DNA from: an uncultured Clostridia bacterium
GTDB taxonomy: Bacteria; Bacillota; Clostridia; Christensenellales; CAG-917
Assembly: GCA_949286725.1 (NCBI GenBank)
Contig: CASECZ010000002.1
Span: 348,635 to 412,634 of the forward strand
Length of the DNA: 64,000 bases
Reading direction: 5' to 3'
Part shown: positions 30,983-39,419 of the stretch, one piece after another
Layout of the letters: every line of letters starts with the position of its first letter
Numbering within the stretch: the first letter of the stretch is position 1
Program-made: the position numbers and the translations under genes
The notes under the pieces: generated by a model
The model's input: only the letters and a program-made list of their open reading frames with translations
Told to the model about the DNA's origin: nothing
The model's database searches: none

Positions 30983-32359
30983 ATGTTGAAGGAATACAAG
31001 ACCATAAGAGAAGTCGTCGGACCTCTGATGCTCGTCGAGGGCGTCGAGGGCGTCAAATACGACGAACTCGTGGAGATACGTCAGGAAAATGGCGAAGTCA
31101 GAAGCGGCAAGGTGCTGGAAATCAACCGCGACAAAGCGTTGGTTCAGCTGTTCGAGCCCGCGCAGGGCATCAAGATGTCCACCGCAAAGGCGCGTTTCCT
31201 CGGCAGAAGCATAGAACTTGCGGTGTCCGAAGAAATGCTGGGCAGAGTTTTCGACGGTATGGGTCGCCCCCGCGACGGCGGCGCGCCCATCATCCCCGAA
31301 AAGAAGATGGACATCAACGGTCAGCCCATTAACCCCGTTGCGCGCGACTATCCCAACGAGTTCATTCAGACGGGCATAAGCGCAATCGACGGGCTCAACA
31401 CGCTGGTGCGCGGACAGAAGCTTCCCGTGTTCTCGATGTCGGGTCTGCCGCACGCCGAACTTGCGGCGCAGATTGCGCGTCAGGCAAAGGTCATCGGCTC
31501 GGACAGCAAGTTCGCCGTCGTGTTCGCCGCCGTCGGTATCACCTTCGAGGAAGCGGACTTCTTCATTTCCGACTTCCGCAAGACGGGCGCAATCGAACGT
31601 GCGGTCATGTTCGTCAACCTGGCAAACGACCCTGCGGTCGAGCGTATCGCAACCCCGCGTATGGCGCTCACCGCCGCGGAGTATCTCGCATACGAAAAGG
31701 ATATGCACGTGCTTGTCATAACGACGGACATAACCAACTACGCCGAAGCGTTGCGCGAGGTTTCCGCCGCACGCAAGGAAGTTCCCGGTCGCCGCGGATA
31801 TCCCGGCTATCTGTACACCGACCTCGCCACCATGTACGAGAGAGCGGGGCGTATCGTGGGCAAGAAAGGCTCCATAACGCAGATACCTATCCTCACGATG
31901 CCCGAGGACGACAAGACGCACCCCATTCCCGACCTGACGGGTTACATCACGGAAGGTCAGATCATGTTGTCGCGCGAACTGTACAAAAAGGGTCTTACGC
32001 CGCCCATCGACGTTCTGCCGTCCCTCAGCCGATTGAAAGACAAGGGCATAGGCGCAGGCAAGACGCGTGAGGATCACGCCGACACGATGAACCAGTTGTT
32101 CAGCGCGTACGCACAGGGCAAGGAAGCAAAGGAACTCAGTTCCATTCTCGGCGAAGCCGCCCTTACCGAAGTGGACAAGAAGTTTGCACGGTTTGCCGAG
32201 GAATTCGAAAAGCAGTATGTTTCGCAGGGGTTCCAGACCAACCGCACGATAGAGGAAACGCTCGACCTCGGCTGGACGTTGTTGTCGCTGCTTCCCAGGA
32301 GCGAACTCAAACGTATCCGCGACGCGTACCTCGATAAGTATCTCAAAAAATCCGAGTAA
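30983..32359 (+). CDS. ntpB: V-type ATPase subunit B
   Basis: [21 protein letters not shown] parallels the E. hirae NtpB N-terminus. [26 protein letters not shown]. The track's GTG at 30977 is 2 codons upstream. Confidence 0.97.
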   Translation: MLKEYKTIREVVGPLMLVEGVEGVKYDELVEIRQENGEVRSGKVLEINRDKALVQLFEPAQGIKMSTAKARFLGRSIELAVSEEMLGRVFDGMGRPRDGGAPIIPEKKMDINGQPINPVARDYPNEFIQTGISAIDGLNTLVRGQKLPVFSMSGLPHAELAAQIARQAKVIGSDSKFAVVFAAVGITFEEADFFISDFRKTGAIERAVMFVNLANDPAVERIATPRMALTAAEYLAYEKDMHVLVITTDITNYAEALREVSAARKEVPGRRGYPGYLYTDLATMYERAGRIVGKKGSITQIPILTMPEDDKTHPIPDLTGYITEGQIMLSRELYKKGLTPPIDVLPSLSRLKDKGIGAGKTREDHADTMNQLFSAYAQGKEAKELSSILGEAALTEVDKKFARFAEEFEKQYVSQGFQTNRTIEETLDLGWTLLSLLPRSELKRIRDAYLDKYLKKSE

Positions 32360-32361
32360 GT

Positions 32362-32991
32362 ATGGCAAGACTCAACGTAAACCCCACAAGAATGGAATTG
32401 AGACGGCTCAAAACCCGCCTCAAAACCGCCACCCGCGGGCATAAGCTGTTGAAGGACAAGTCCGACGAAATGATAAGGCAGTTTATGATTTATATCCGCG
32501 AAAACAAACGCCTGCGCGAGGAAGTGGAGGGTGAGCTTTCGCAAGCCCTGAAAGAGTTCATGCTTGCACGTGCCGTGACGAGCGACTCCGTAATCGAGGA
32601 GGCGATTGCAATGCCCGGCGTAAAGGTGGAACTCAACACTTCCGAAAAGAACGTGATGAGCGTGGGCGTACCCGAGTTCGGCATTGTGGAAAAGGAACAC
32701 GGCGACCTGTATCCTTACTCGTTTGCAAGCGTCACGTCGGAGCTGGACAGCTCCATTGCCACGCTGTCGACTCTGCTCGGCAAACTGCTAAAACTCGCAG
32801 AGGTGGAAAAGACGTGCAATATGCTTGCAGACGAAATCGAGAAGAACCGTCGCAGAGTCAACGCCCTCGAATACGTGATGATACCCCAGCTCGAAGAGAC
32901 GATAAAGTACATCACCATGAAACTGGACGAAAACGAGAGAAGTTCGACCATACGGCTTATGAAAGTCAAGTCGATGATAGAGAACCGCTGA
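32362..32991 (+). CDS. ntpD: V-type ATPase subunit D
   Basis: MARLNVNPTRMELRRLKTRLKTATRGHKLLKDK is the canonical subunit D start. 209 aa. Confidence 0.92.
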   Translation: MARLNVNPTRMELRRLKTRLKTATRGHKLLKDKSDEMIRQFMIYIRENKRLREEVEGELSQALKEFMLARAVTSDSVIEEAIAMPGVKVELNTSEKNVMSVGVPEFGIVEKEHGDLYPYSFASVTSELDSSIATLSTLLGKLLKLAEVEKTCNMLADEIEKNRRRVNALEYVMIPQLEETIKYITMKLDENERSSTIRLMKVKSMIENR

Positions 32992-33041
32992 CCGCCGCGG
33001 GGCGTTTCCCGCAAGGCAGGCGGTGACACCGCCAAACAAAT

Positions 33042-33070
33042 AAATCCGCCGTTCGGCGGATTTTGTTTTT
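33042..33070. terminator. Bidirectional terminator between ntpD and queH
   Basis: aaatccgcc-gttc-ggcggattt with T-runs on both strands. Confidence 0.8.
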
Positions 33071-33122
33071 CCTTCGTTCCTTATCTCGCATTATTATATG
33101 CGTATGCGTCGGAATGACGACG

Positions 33123-33773
33123 TCAGTTTGCGCAGGGGGAGGGGAAGCCGCAACCGCAGTAGTGCTGGCGGTAAAGTCCGTATTCCTTGCACAACCTTAT
33201 CGAGGTGAGATAGCCGTCGCGCTTTTTGAAATCGGAGGCGAGATATTCCGTGCCGAAGGCATCGGCAACGGACTGTCCTACCTCGTTTATAAGTGCGGCG
33301 TTCTTGCGGGGGCTGACGGTAAGAGTGGTGGCAAACGCGTCGTACTCGTCGCGGTGAGCGGCGAGAAATTCCGCCGTTTTGCTTAGCCGCAGACGGAAAC
33401 AATCGGTGCATCGCGCGCTGCCTTCGGGCAGGTTTTCCTTGCCCGCCGCAACGGAGAGAAATTCGTTTTCGGACTGTTCGGGCACAATGAGTTTCACGTG
33501 CGGAAAATGCTCCAAAAGCTGTTTTAACGTGTCAAGTCGTTTGATGAACTCGCATTTCGGCAAAATGTTGGGGTTGTAATAAAACAGAGTGACGTCGAAA
33601 TGCGGCGTCACCGCGGGCAGTACGCCTGCCGCGCAAGGACCGCAACAAACGTGCAACAGAAGTCTGTTGCCCGTTGCGCCGTCTTTGAATTCGGTTATCG
33701 CTTGCTCCACCGTTTTCATACCGCAATGATAACATTTTTTTTCGGCATGTACAACGGATAAGCGTGTTTTCAT
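33123..33773 (-). CDS. queH: Epoxyqueuosine reductase QueH (DUF208)
   Basis: LLLHVCCGPCA, C..CFRLR and a C-terminal YRQHYCGCGF Cys cluster. The start is uncertain (ATG 33773 or 33719); neither has a clear RBS. Confidence 0.85.
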   Translation of the reverse strand: MKTRLSVVHAEKKCYHCGMKTVEQAITEFKDGATGNRLLLHVCCGPCAAGVLPAVTPHFDVTLFYYNPNILPKCEFIKRLDTLKQLLEHFPHVKLIVPEQSENEFLSVAAGKENLPEGSARCTDCFRLRLSKTAEFLAAHRDEYDAFATTLTVSPRKNAALINEVGQSVADAFGTEYLASDFKKRDGYLTSIRLCKEYGLYRQHYCGCGFPSPCAN

Positions 33774-33796
33774 ATTAGCTATTTTGGGCTGTCGGG

Positions 33797-33825
33797 TTGA
33801 GCGCGCGCGCATGATGTGATATACT
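33797..33825 (+). promoter_or_regulatory. Sigma-70-like promoter for the MacB-type ABC operon
   Basis: TTGAGC-17 nt-TATACT, about 58 nt upstream of ATG 33884. Confidence 0.45.
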
Positions 33826-33883
33826 CGATATATACGGATTTAACGGGCGCGGTTTGCGCATTATAAAATCCGAGAGGTACCTG

Positions 33884-34558
33884 ATGAGTTGCATTCTGAA
33901 AGCGCAGGGACTTACCAAAGTCTACAAAGCCGACGCCGTCGAAACCGAGGTTCTGAAAGGCGTCGATATCGAAATGAACGAGGGCGAGTTCGTCGCCATC
34001 GTCGGCGAGTCCGGCTCGGGTAAATCCACTCTGTTGTACATCCTCGCGGGCATAGACAAGCCCACGACGGGCAGGGTGGAACTGCTCGGCAGGGATTTGT
34101 CCGCGGTCGGCGACGACGAGCTGGCGGCTATGCGCAGGCGCGAGGTGTCCTTCGTCTATCAGTTCGACAATCTCGTGCCGCACCTTACGGCTTACGAAAA
34201 CATCGTGTTGCCCCTTCTGCTCGACAAAAAGAAGGAGAGCGAGTTCGGCGACAACGTGCGCGAAGTGTGCGAGTTCCTCGGCATATCCGAGCGGCTCAAA
34301 AATCTGCCGTCGCAGTTGTCGGGCGGCGAACAGCAGCGCGTGGCGCTTGCGCGTGCGCTCGTCACTTCTCCCAAGCTCATTTTCCTGGACGAGCCCACGG
34401 GCAGTCTCGACAAGGAGAGGGGCAGACAGGTTATGGAGTTGCTGGGCAGAATCAACGCCGAAAAGGGAGTTGCGTTGCTCATGGTCACGCACTCGGCGGC
34501 GCACTCGTCCTATGCGTCGCGCATAATCGAAATCGAGGACGGCAAAATCAAGCAATGA
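33884..34558 (+). CDS. ABC transporter ATP-binding protein (MacB/LolD/FtsE type)
   Basis: Walker A GESGSGKST, signature LSGGEQQRVALARAL, Walker B LIFLDEPT. GAGAGG RBS. The stop overlaps the permease start (ATGA). Confidence 0.93.
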   Translation: MSCILKAQGLTKVYKADAVETEVLKGVDIEMNEGEFVAIVGESGSGKSTLLYILAGIDKPTTGRVELLGRDLSAVGDDELAAMRRREVSFVYQFDNLVPHLTAYENIVLPLLLDKKKESEFGDNVREVCEFLGISERLKNLPSQLSGGEQQRVALARALVTSPKLIFLDEPTGSLDKERGRQVMELLGRINAEKGVALLMVTHSAAHSSYASRIIEIEDGKIKQ

Positions 34559-36996
34559 TATTTTCCCTCGCGCTGAAAAACATAAAAGCCAAACCCCGTC
34601 GCGCCGTTGCGACGGTGGCGGTCGTCGCGCTTGCCGTGGCGATGTTTTTCTGCATGTTCGCGTTCGGCGATGCGGTGTACGAGTACATTTACGCCGTCGA
34701 GACTGCGGACGCGGGCAACAGCGACATCACCGTCCTCGCGAAGAGCAACGGCGACAGGCTCGCGCTCGTCGACCCTCTCGAAGGCGCCGAGGGTGTGGAG
34801 TACGTCGTGCCTTCTCTCTCGCTGTACGCGTTGACCGCAGGTCGCGGCGAGAACGAATATATACGTCTGCGCGGTTTCGACGCCGACAAACTGGAACTGT
34901 TGCAGAAGATAAACGTCGTGGACGGAAACGCTGAGAAGGTCGCCGAAAACAGCGACTATGTCGTGATTTCGGAAAAGGCGGCGGAGCATTTCGGTCTGAA
35001 AGTCGGCAGTGCGGTCGAAGTGACAACGCTCTATTCCTCCTCCCGTACGGTCAAGTTCTACGTCGCGGCGATTGCCGCAAACGACGGTTACTTCCTTTCG
35101 GACGCTCCGTACTGTATGATAGGCACCGTCGACGACGGCATAGCCAGAGTGCTTGCCGCGGGCGGGTTCGCAGTCTACAACGAGATTTACGTCAAGGTCG
35201 CTTCGGGCGCGGACGTCGCAGACGTGCGCGAGCGCATTGCCGCCATGCCCGAATATGCTGACCTCAAAGTCGATTTCAGCAAACAGACGGGTTACGTCGA
35301 AACCCGCGCGACGGGCATATCCGCGCCCGTCACGATATCGGGCGTTGCCGTGGCGTTGCTTTGCATCGTCAGCGTCATTCTGATTTTCGTTTTGGGCATA
35401 GCCGACAAGCGCGCATTCGCTTCCAAACTCACGGTCATCGGTGCCACGCGCAGTCAGTTGCTCGGAATATTCATGACGGAAGGTGCGATACTCGCTTTCA
35501 TCGGCGCGGCAGTCGGCGCGATACTCGCCGTAGGCGTCTTCGTGCTGTTGTTGCAGGTGGTGCTGTCCTCCGTCGTCACTTTCACGGTCAACGGACTTCT
35601 GCTGTTCGCCGCAACCGCGCTCGGTTTCGCGGTGGCGTTCGTTTCGGCAGTCTGTCCGCTTGCGAAAGTCTTTGCCAGCACCGCGCGTGAAAACCTTGCC
35701 CCCGAAACGGGCAAAAACAGGTTGGGCGCAGTGTTTGCCGTTGTCGTCACCGTCGCGCTTATCGCCTGTCTGGTTGCGGGCAATCTGATGTCCTCGGTCG
35801 CAGGCGCGTTGTCCGTTGTCAGTCTCGTTCTGCTCGTGTTCGCCGTTGCCGCGTGGATACCTTATCTGCTTCGCGGAGCGGCAAAACTGATGACGAAGTG
35901 TTCCGTGCCGTCCGTAAGAGTGGCGGGTTACGCCGTAAGCCGCGAGAGGCGCGCCGCGCGCACCGCGCAGACGCTGGTCGTCGGCGTGCTGGTGGTCATG
36001 CTGTTGTTCATGGCGTGGTCGCTCACCACGTCCATATTCTCCGATTTCACGGCGGAGTTCACGAACATGATTCTCGTCAGCAACGTGCGCGCCGATGTCG
36101 ACACGTCGGATTTCACGGGAGTGGAAGGCGTGGATGCGGCGCACCTTATGGTGTGGCGGCAGGGCGACGTTTACGGCGGCAAAATGGAACGTACGACCAT
36201 AAACGTACTGGGCTCCGCAGAAGCACTCGACCTTATAGATTTCGAATATATAACGCCGCGCGACAAAGTGGAAGATGCTTTGAGCGACGGAGATTATATA
36301 ATCATAGACTACTCGACGTCCGACCTGTACGGCGTGCGGACGGGCGATACGCTGACGCTCGATCTGGACGGCATTGAGCACGAATACACGGTGGGCGGCA
36401 TCGTGCGGCACAACTTCTTCGGCGGCAGGTACGTCATCGTTTCGCGGCCTTCGCTGGAAGAATGCTTCGGCGTTTACGCCGACACCGTGGTGCTCGTGAC
36501 GTCCGAAGATACATCGCTCGTCGCGGAGCGCGTCAGAACGACGTTTGCCGACCGCAACTACTATGCCGTGCCCGCAATCGAAGCCTATAAATGGGACACG
36601 CAGTCCCTCGACAACATATTCGACCTTGTGGGCACGCTTGCCTTCGTGATGTCGCTGTTGGTATTCATCGTCGCGCTGTCGGGCGTCGTGGTGGGACGCT
36701 CCCACTCCGAACGCACGCGCGGCACCTTGCTTTGCGCGGGTATGTCCCGCAACGCGTTGCTGGGTGCGGAACTGACCGAACACGCCGTCGTCGCGCTCGC
36801 CGTGTTTGTCATCGCGTTGCCTGCGTCCGCCATTGCCACTCTGTGCCTGATAGGAGCAATAAGACTGTTCGGACTGTACTACGCGTTCACTTACAGCGCG
36901 TGGGTCGTCGTCGTGGTGGGGCTCGTCTTTGCCGCGCTGTACACGTCGATACCCTTGCTGTTCGGCTTCAAACGCAAGTACGGAATGAGGAGATAA
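34555..36996 (+). CDS. FtsX-family ABC permease, duplicated (813 aa)
   Basis: MIFSLALKNIKAKPRRAV.. is the typical FtsX/MacB permease N-terminus. It has two hydrophobic 4-helix blocks separated by large soluble domains. The 96-codon upstream extension in the track overlaps the ATPase gene out of frame. Confidence 0.88.
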   Translation: MIFSLALKNIKAKPRRAVATVAVVALAVAMFFCMFAFGDAVYEYIYAVETADAGNSDITVLAKSNGDRLALVDPLEGAEGVEYVVPSLSLYALTAGRGENEYIRLRGFDADKLELLQKINVVDGNAEKVAENSDYVVISEKAAEHFGLKVGSAVEVTTLYSSSRTVKFYVAAIAANDGYFLSDAPYCMIGTVDDGIARVLAAGGFAVYNEIYVKVASGADVADVRERIAAMPEYADLKVDFSKQTGYVETRATGISAPVTISGVAVALLCIVSVILIFVLGIADKRAFASKLTVIGATRSQLLGIFMTEGAILAFIGAAVGAILAVGVFVLLLQVVLSSVVTFTVNGLLLFAATALGFAVAFVSAVCPLAKVFASTARENLAPETGKNRLGAVFAVVVTVALIACLVAGNLMSSVAGALSVVSLVLLVFAVAAWIPYLLRGAAKLMTKCSVPSVRVAGYAVSRERRAARTAQTLVVGVLVVMLLFMAWSLTTSIFSDFTAEFTNMILVSNVRADVDTSDFTGVEGVDAAHLMVWRQGDVYGGKMERTTINVLGSAEALDLIDFEYITPRDKVEDALSDGDYIIIDYSTSDLYGVRTGDTLTLDLDGIEHEYTVGGIVRHNFFGGRYVIVSRPSLEECFGVYADTVVLVTSEDTSLVAERVRTTFADRNYYAVPAIEAYKWDTQSLDNIFDLVGTLAFVMSLLVFIVALSGVVVGRSHSERTRGTLLCAGMSRNALLGAELTEHAVVALAVFVIALPASAIATLCLIGAIRLFGLYYAFTYSAWVVVVVGLVFAALYTSIPLLFGFKRKYGMRR

Positions 36997-36997
36997 T

Positions 36998-38821
36998 ATG
37001 TCGAGTTGGAACCGATTTCGCAATAATGTCAAATCGACCGTTTCGTGCGGTCGGGTTTTTAGCACGGTGCTCGCGCTCGTGCTGATTTTCACAATGGTGC
37101 TTTCGGGGGCGATACTGGTTGCCTGCAATCCCAAAGGCAACGGCGACGCCGCCGAAAAGGAACGCGCCGCCGCTTGCGACGCCTTGCGCGCAAACGCGCT
37201 TGCAGCCGTCAACGACGCCTGGACGGACGGATTGTCCGACGAGCAGATTGTTTTGCTCCCTGACGCGGGCAAATACGTGCTTGCCGTCAACTGGACGGGC
37301 AGCCTTGCCGATTTCCTGAAAAACTCGGCTTTGCAGACGGAAAAGATAAAGCGACTTGCCGATTTTCTCGCGACCGATGAGGGCAAGCAGACCGTGCGTA
37401 ACGTTTCGGGCAATATCGACGGACTGATAAACGTGTTCAACTCCGTGGGCTTTACCTCCGCGGACGCGCAGTCGCTCGTCTATGACGGACTTTTGTTTTT
37501 GGTCGGAAGCGCGCAGTCAGTGTTCGAGGCAACGCAAAACAAATTGTCCGCATTGCTTCCCGCCGCGACGGGAGACGCCTACGACGACATAAGCGCGCAG
37601 TTGGACAGCACCCGACAGATGCTCGCCGTGTACGACGACAATCCCGAAGCCGTTGACAACGCGGCGGCGGAACTCGCCAAAGCCGAGCAGGGGATAAAAT
37701 CGCTCACCGATTTTGCTTACCGCACGGCGTGGACGTTCGGCGGCGGCGACAGCGGCGAAAGCCTCGGCGGACTTGCGGAACTGTTTTCCTCGGGCAGTCT
37801 GTCGGGCGTGTCGGACAGAGAAGCGTTCGTGTATCTGGACAGCATAATGAGCAGCGTGCGCGAGTTGCGCGCAACGCTCACCGACGAACAGATTGCCGCA
37901 TTGTCGTCTGCGTTCGACAGTCTCGAAAATCTGCTTGAAACCGCAGTCCTGCCCGTGGAACTCTTCGAAAACACGGAGGGCAACACCACGAGGCTCGACA
38001 CCATACTGGAAAATCTGTACGGTTTGCGTTTTTCCGTCGATTGGTTGCAGAGCGGCACGGACTGGCTCATCGACGCGCTCGACATGATTTACGAAACGGA
38101 CGAAACGGGCGCATATACCTACCGCTTCGTGCGCAGGATTACAGAGGCGTTTGCCGACAAGGAGTACGTCGAAGAAAATTCGCTCATTCTGATTTGCGAG
38201 GTTATGTACAACGCCTTGCAGAAAATCCCCGCAAGCGAAATCAAAGCAAAAATCAACGCCTATTCCGACGAAACCGACCTAAACAAACTGGCGGTGATAT
38301 TGATGACGTCGGGATATCTGCGCGCGTTGGAGATATCGGGCAGTGCAGAGCCCGACCCCACGCTCAACGACGAGCTGACGTTCGCTATGCGCGTGTATGC
38401 GCTCAAAGCCTTCAAAGCCTCTTATCGCACCTATCTCGCAACGGGCGACAGACAGGGCAGCGGCATAACGAAAAACAACACCCGAATCCTTGTCGAATAT
38501 ATCGGCAAGCAGGACCAGGGCTTGACGCAGTACGGCGACGGACACGGCGAAATCACGCAGACGTGGTACGATGGCATAGTGGCGGAAGCCACGGCGAAGC
38601 TGACCGCCGACGCGCAGTCGATGAAGAACGACGCAATCGGAAACATCTGCGCACAGATTGACAAGTGGTATACGGATACTGACGGACTTGCGGCGTTTGC
38701 GGCGCGAACGTTCGTAAACGCGGATACCACGGAAGAGGAACTCAAAGACCTGACCGCGGCGGCGGAGAAACTGCCCGTGTGGGTGCAGTTTGTCATTCGC
38801 GCGATTTTCGGAGGCAAATAA
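36998..38821 (+). CDS. Orphan 607-aa lipoprotein, no domain I recognise
   Basis: Signal peptide plus lipobox VLSGAILVAC. AGGAG RBS. The start is 1 nt after the permease stop. Coding-type GC3 throughout. Predicted mostly helical from composition. Confidence 0.8.
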   Translation: MSSWNRFRNNVKSTVSCGRVFSTVLALVLIFTMVLSGAILVACNPKGNGDAAEKERAAACDALRANALAAVNDAWTDGLSDEQIVLLPDAGKYVLAVNWTGSLADFLKNSALQTEKIKRLADFLATDEGKQTVRNVSGNIDGLINVFNSVGFTSADAQSLVYDGLLFLVGSAQSVFEATQNKLSALLPAATGDAYDDISAQLDSTRQMLAVYDDNPEAVDNAAAELAKAEQGIKSLTDFAYRTAWTFGGGDSGESLGGLAELFSSGSLSGVSDREAFVYLDSIMSSVRELRATLTDEQIAALSSAFDSLENLLETAVLPVELFENTEGNTTRLDTILENLYGLRFSVDWLQSGTDWLIDALDMIYETDETGAYTYRFVRRITEAFADKEYVEENSLILICEVMYNALQKIPASEIKAKINAYSDETDLNKLAVILMTSGYLRALEISGSAEPDPTLNDELTFAMRVYALKAFKASYRTYLATGDRQGSGITKNNTRILVEYIGKQDQGLTQYGDGHGEITQTWYDGIVAEATAKLTADAQSMKNDAIGNICAQIDKWYTDTDGLAAFAARTFVNADTTEEELKDLTAAAEKLPVWVQFVIRAIFGGK

Positions 38822-38890
38822 AACCGCGGCAAGTTGCAATCTTTTCCGAAGAGCGCGGTGCGTCGGGAAAAGATATAATGCGCGGCGGCG

Positions 38891-38919
38891 TTGACAAAAC
38901 GCCTCGTGCGGTATAGAAT
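38891..38919 (+). promoter_or_regulatory. Sigma-70-like promoter of the structured leader
   Basis: TTGACA-17 nt-TAGAAT. Confidence 0.55.
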
Positions 38920-38925
38920 GAAATA

Positions 38926-39116
38926 AAGCAATCCCAAACGATGACTTCGGTCGGAGTGTAAGACGGCAACATAAAGGTGATTTTGCGCGCCGCCGTTTTA
39001 CACGGCGGCGTTTTTCTTTTCTTCGCGCGGGGAACAATTCAGACGACGTCCGCAAACGTTCGGGGCAGACCCTGCGGTTTGCGGAGAAGTTGCGGGGAAA
39101 CCCGAAAGGAGACATT
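38926..39116 (+). promoter_or_regulatory. Structured 5' leader (candidate riboswitch/attenuator or ~90-nt sRNA plus UTR)
   Basis: From the predicted TSS: a gac-UUCG-gtc hairpin, a strong terminator (38988-39020), an 8-bp ccgcaaac/gtttgcgg hairpin (39050-39084) and a cggg-gaaa-cccg hairpin abutting the RBS. There is no promoter between the terminator and ATG 39117. Confidence 0.45.
38988..39020 (+). terminator. Strong intrinsic terminator inside the leader
   Basis: cgccgccg-ttttaca-cggcggcg followed by tttttctttt. Confidence 0.8.
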
Positions 39117-39365
39117 ATGAAACGTATCGGTGTGGTGGGCATAGTGCTCAAAGGCGACAGAAGCATCGCGCTCGAAATGCAGAAAGTGTTGTCGGAGTTT
39201 GCCGATATAATCGTCGGCAGAATGGGCGTGCCGCGCGAGGAAGCCAACGCGATTGCGCTCATCGTCGAGGGCTCGCAGGAACGCGTTTCCGCGTTGACGG
39301 GCAGGCTCGGCAAGTTCCCGGAACTCTCGGTCAAGTCGGCGATGACGACTTTTGAAATCGAGTAG
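39117..39365 (+). CDS. TM1266-family ACT/NikR_C-like small protein (annotated elsewhere as putative iron-only hydrogenase system regulator)
   Basis: 82 aa. KRIGVVGIVL..IIVGRMGVP..AIALIVEG..VSALTGRLGKFPELSVKSAM parallels T. maritima TM1266 as I recall it. AAAGGAG RBS. Confidence 0.7.
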   Translation: MKRIGVVGIVLKGDRSIALEMQKVLSEFADIIVGRMGVPREEANAIALIVEGSQERVSALTGRLGKFPELSVKSAMTTFEIE

Positions 39366-39419
39366 TTCCGACACAAAAAGGATTTTATTGCCGCAAAAAC
39401 GGCGGATAAAGAGGTGAAT

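Noticed and set aside
34267-34554. N-terminal extensions offered by the ORF track. Examples: 34267 for the permease, 41074 for the ABC ATPase, 52660 for uvrC, 52920 for arsR, 27879 for ntpC, 2275 for DUF2344, 4600, 33854, 39090, 48800, 51404, 62306 and 63962.
   Set aside because: The extensions overlap the preceding gene, lack an RBS and have R/G/H-rich nonsense composition. Internal starts have an SD sequence and match family N-termini.
38926-39116. TPP riboswitch (expected if the NitT/TauT transporter were a ThiXYZ-type pyrimidine importer)
   Set aside because: I could not find the conserved CUGAGA / ACCUGAUC..GGAUAAUGCC-type elements or the characteristic P2-P3 arrangement. I therefore left it as an unclassified leader.
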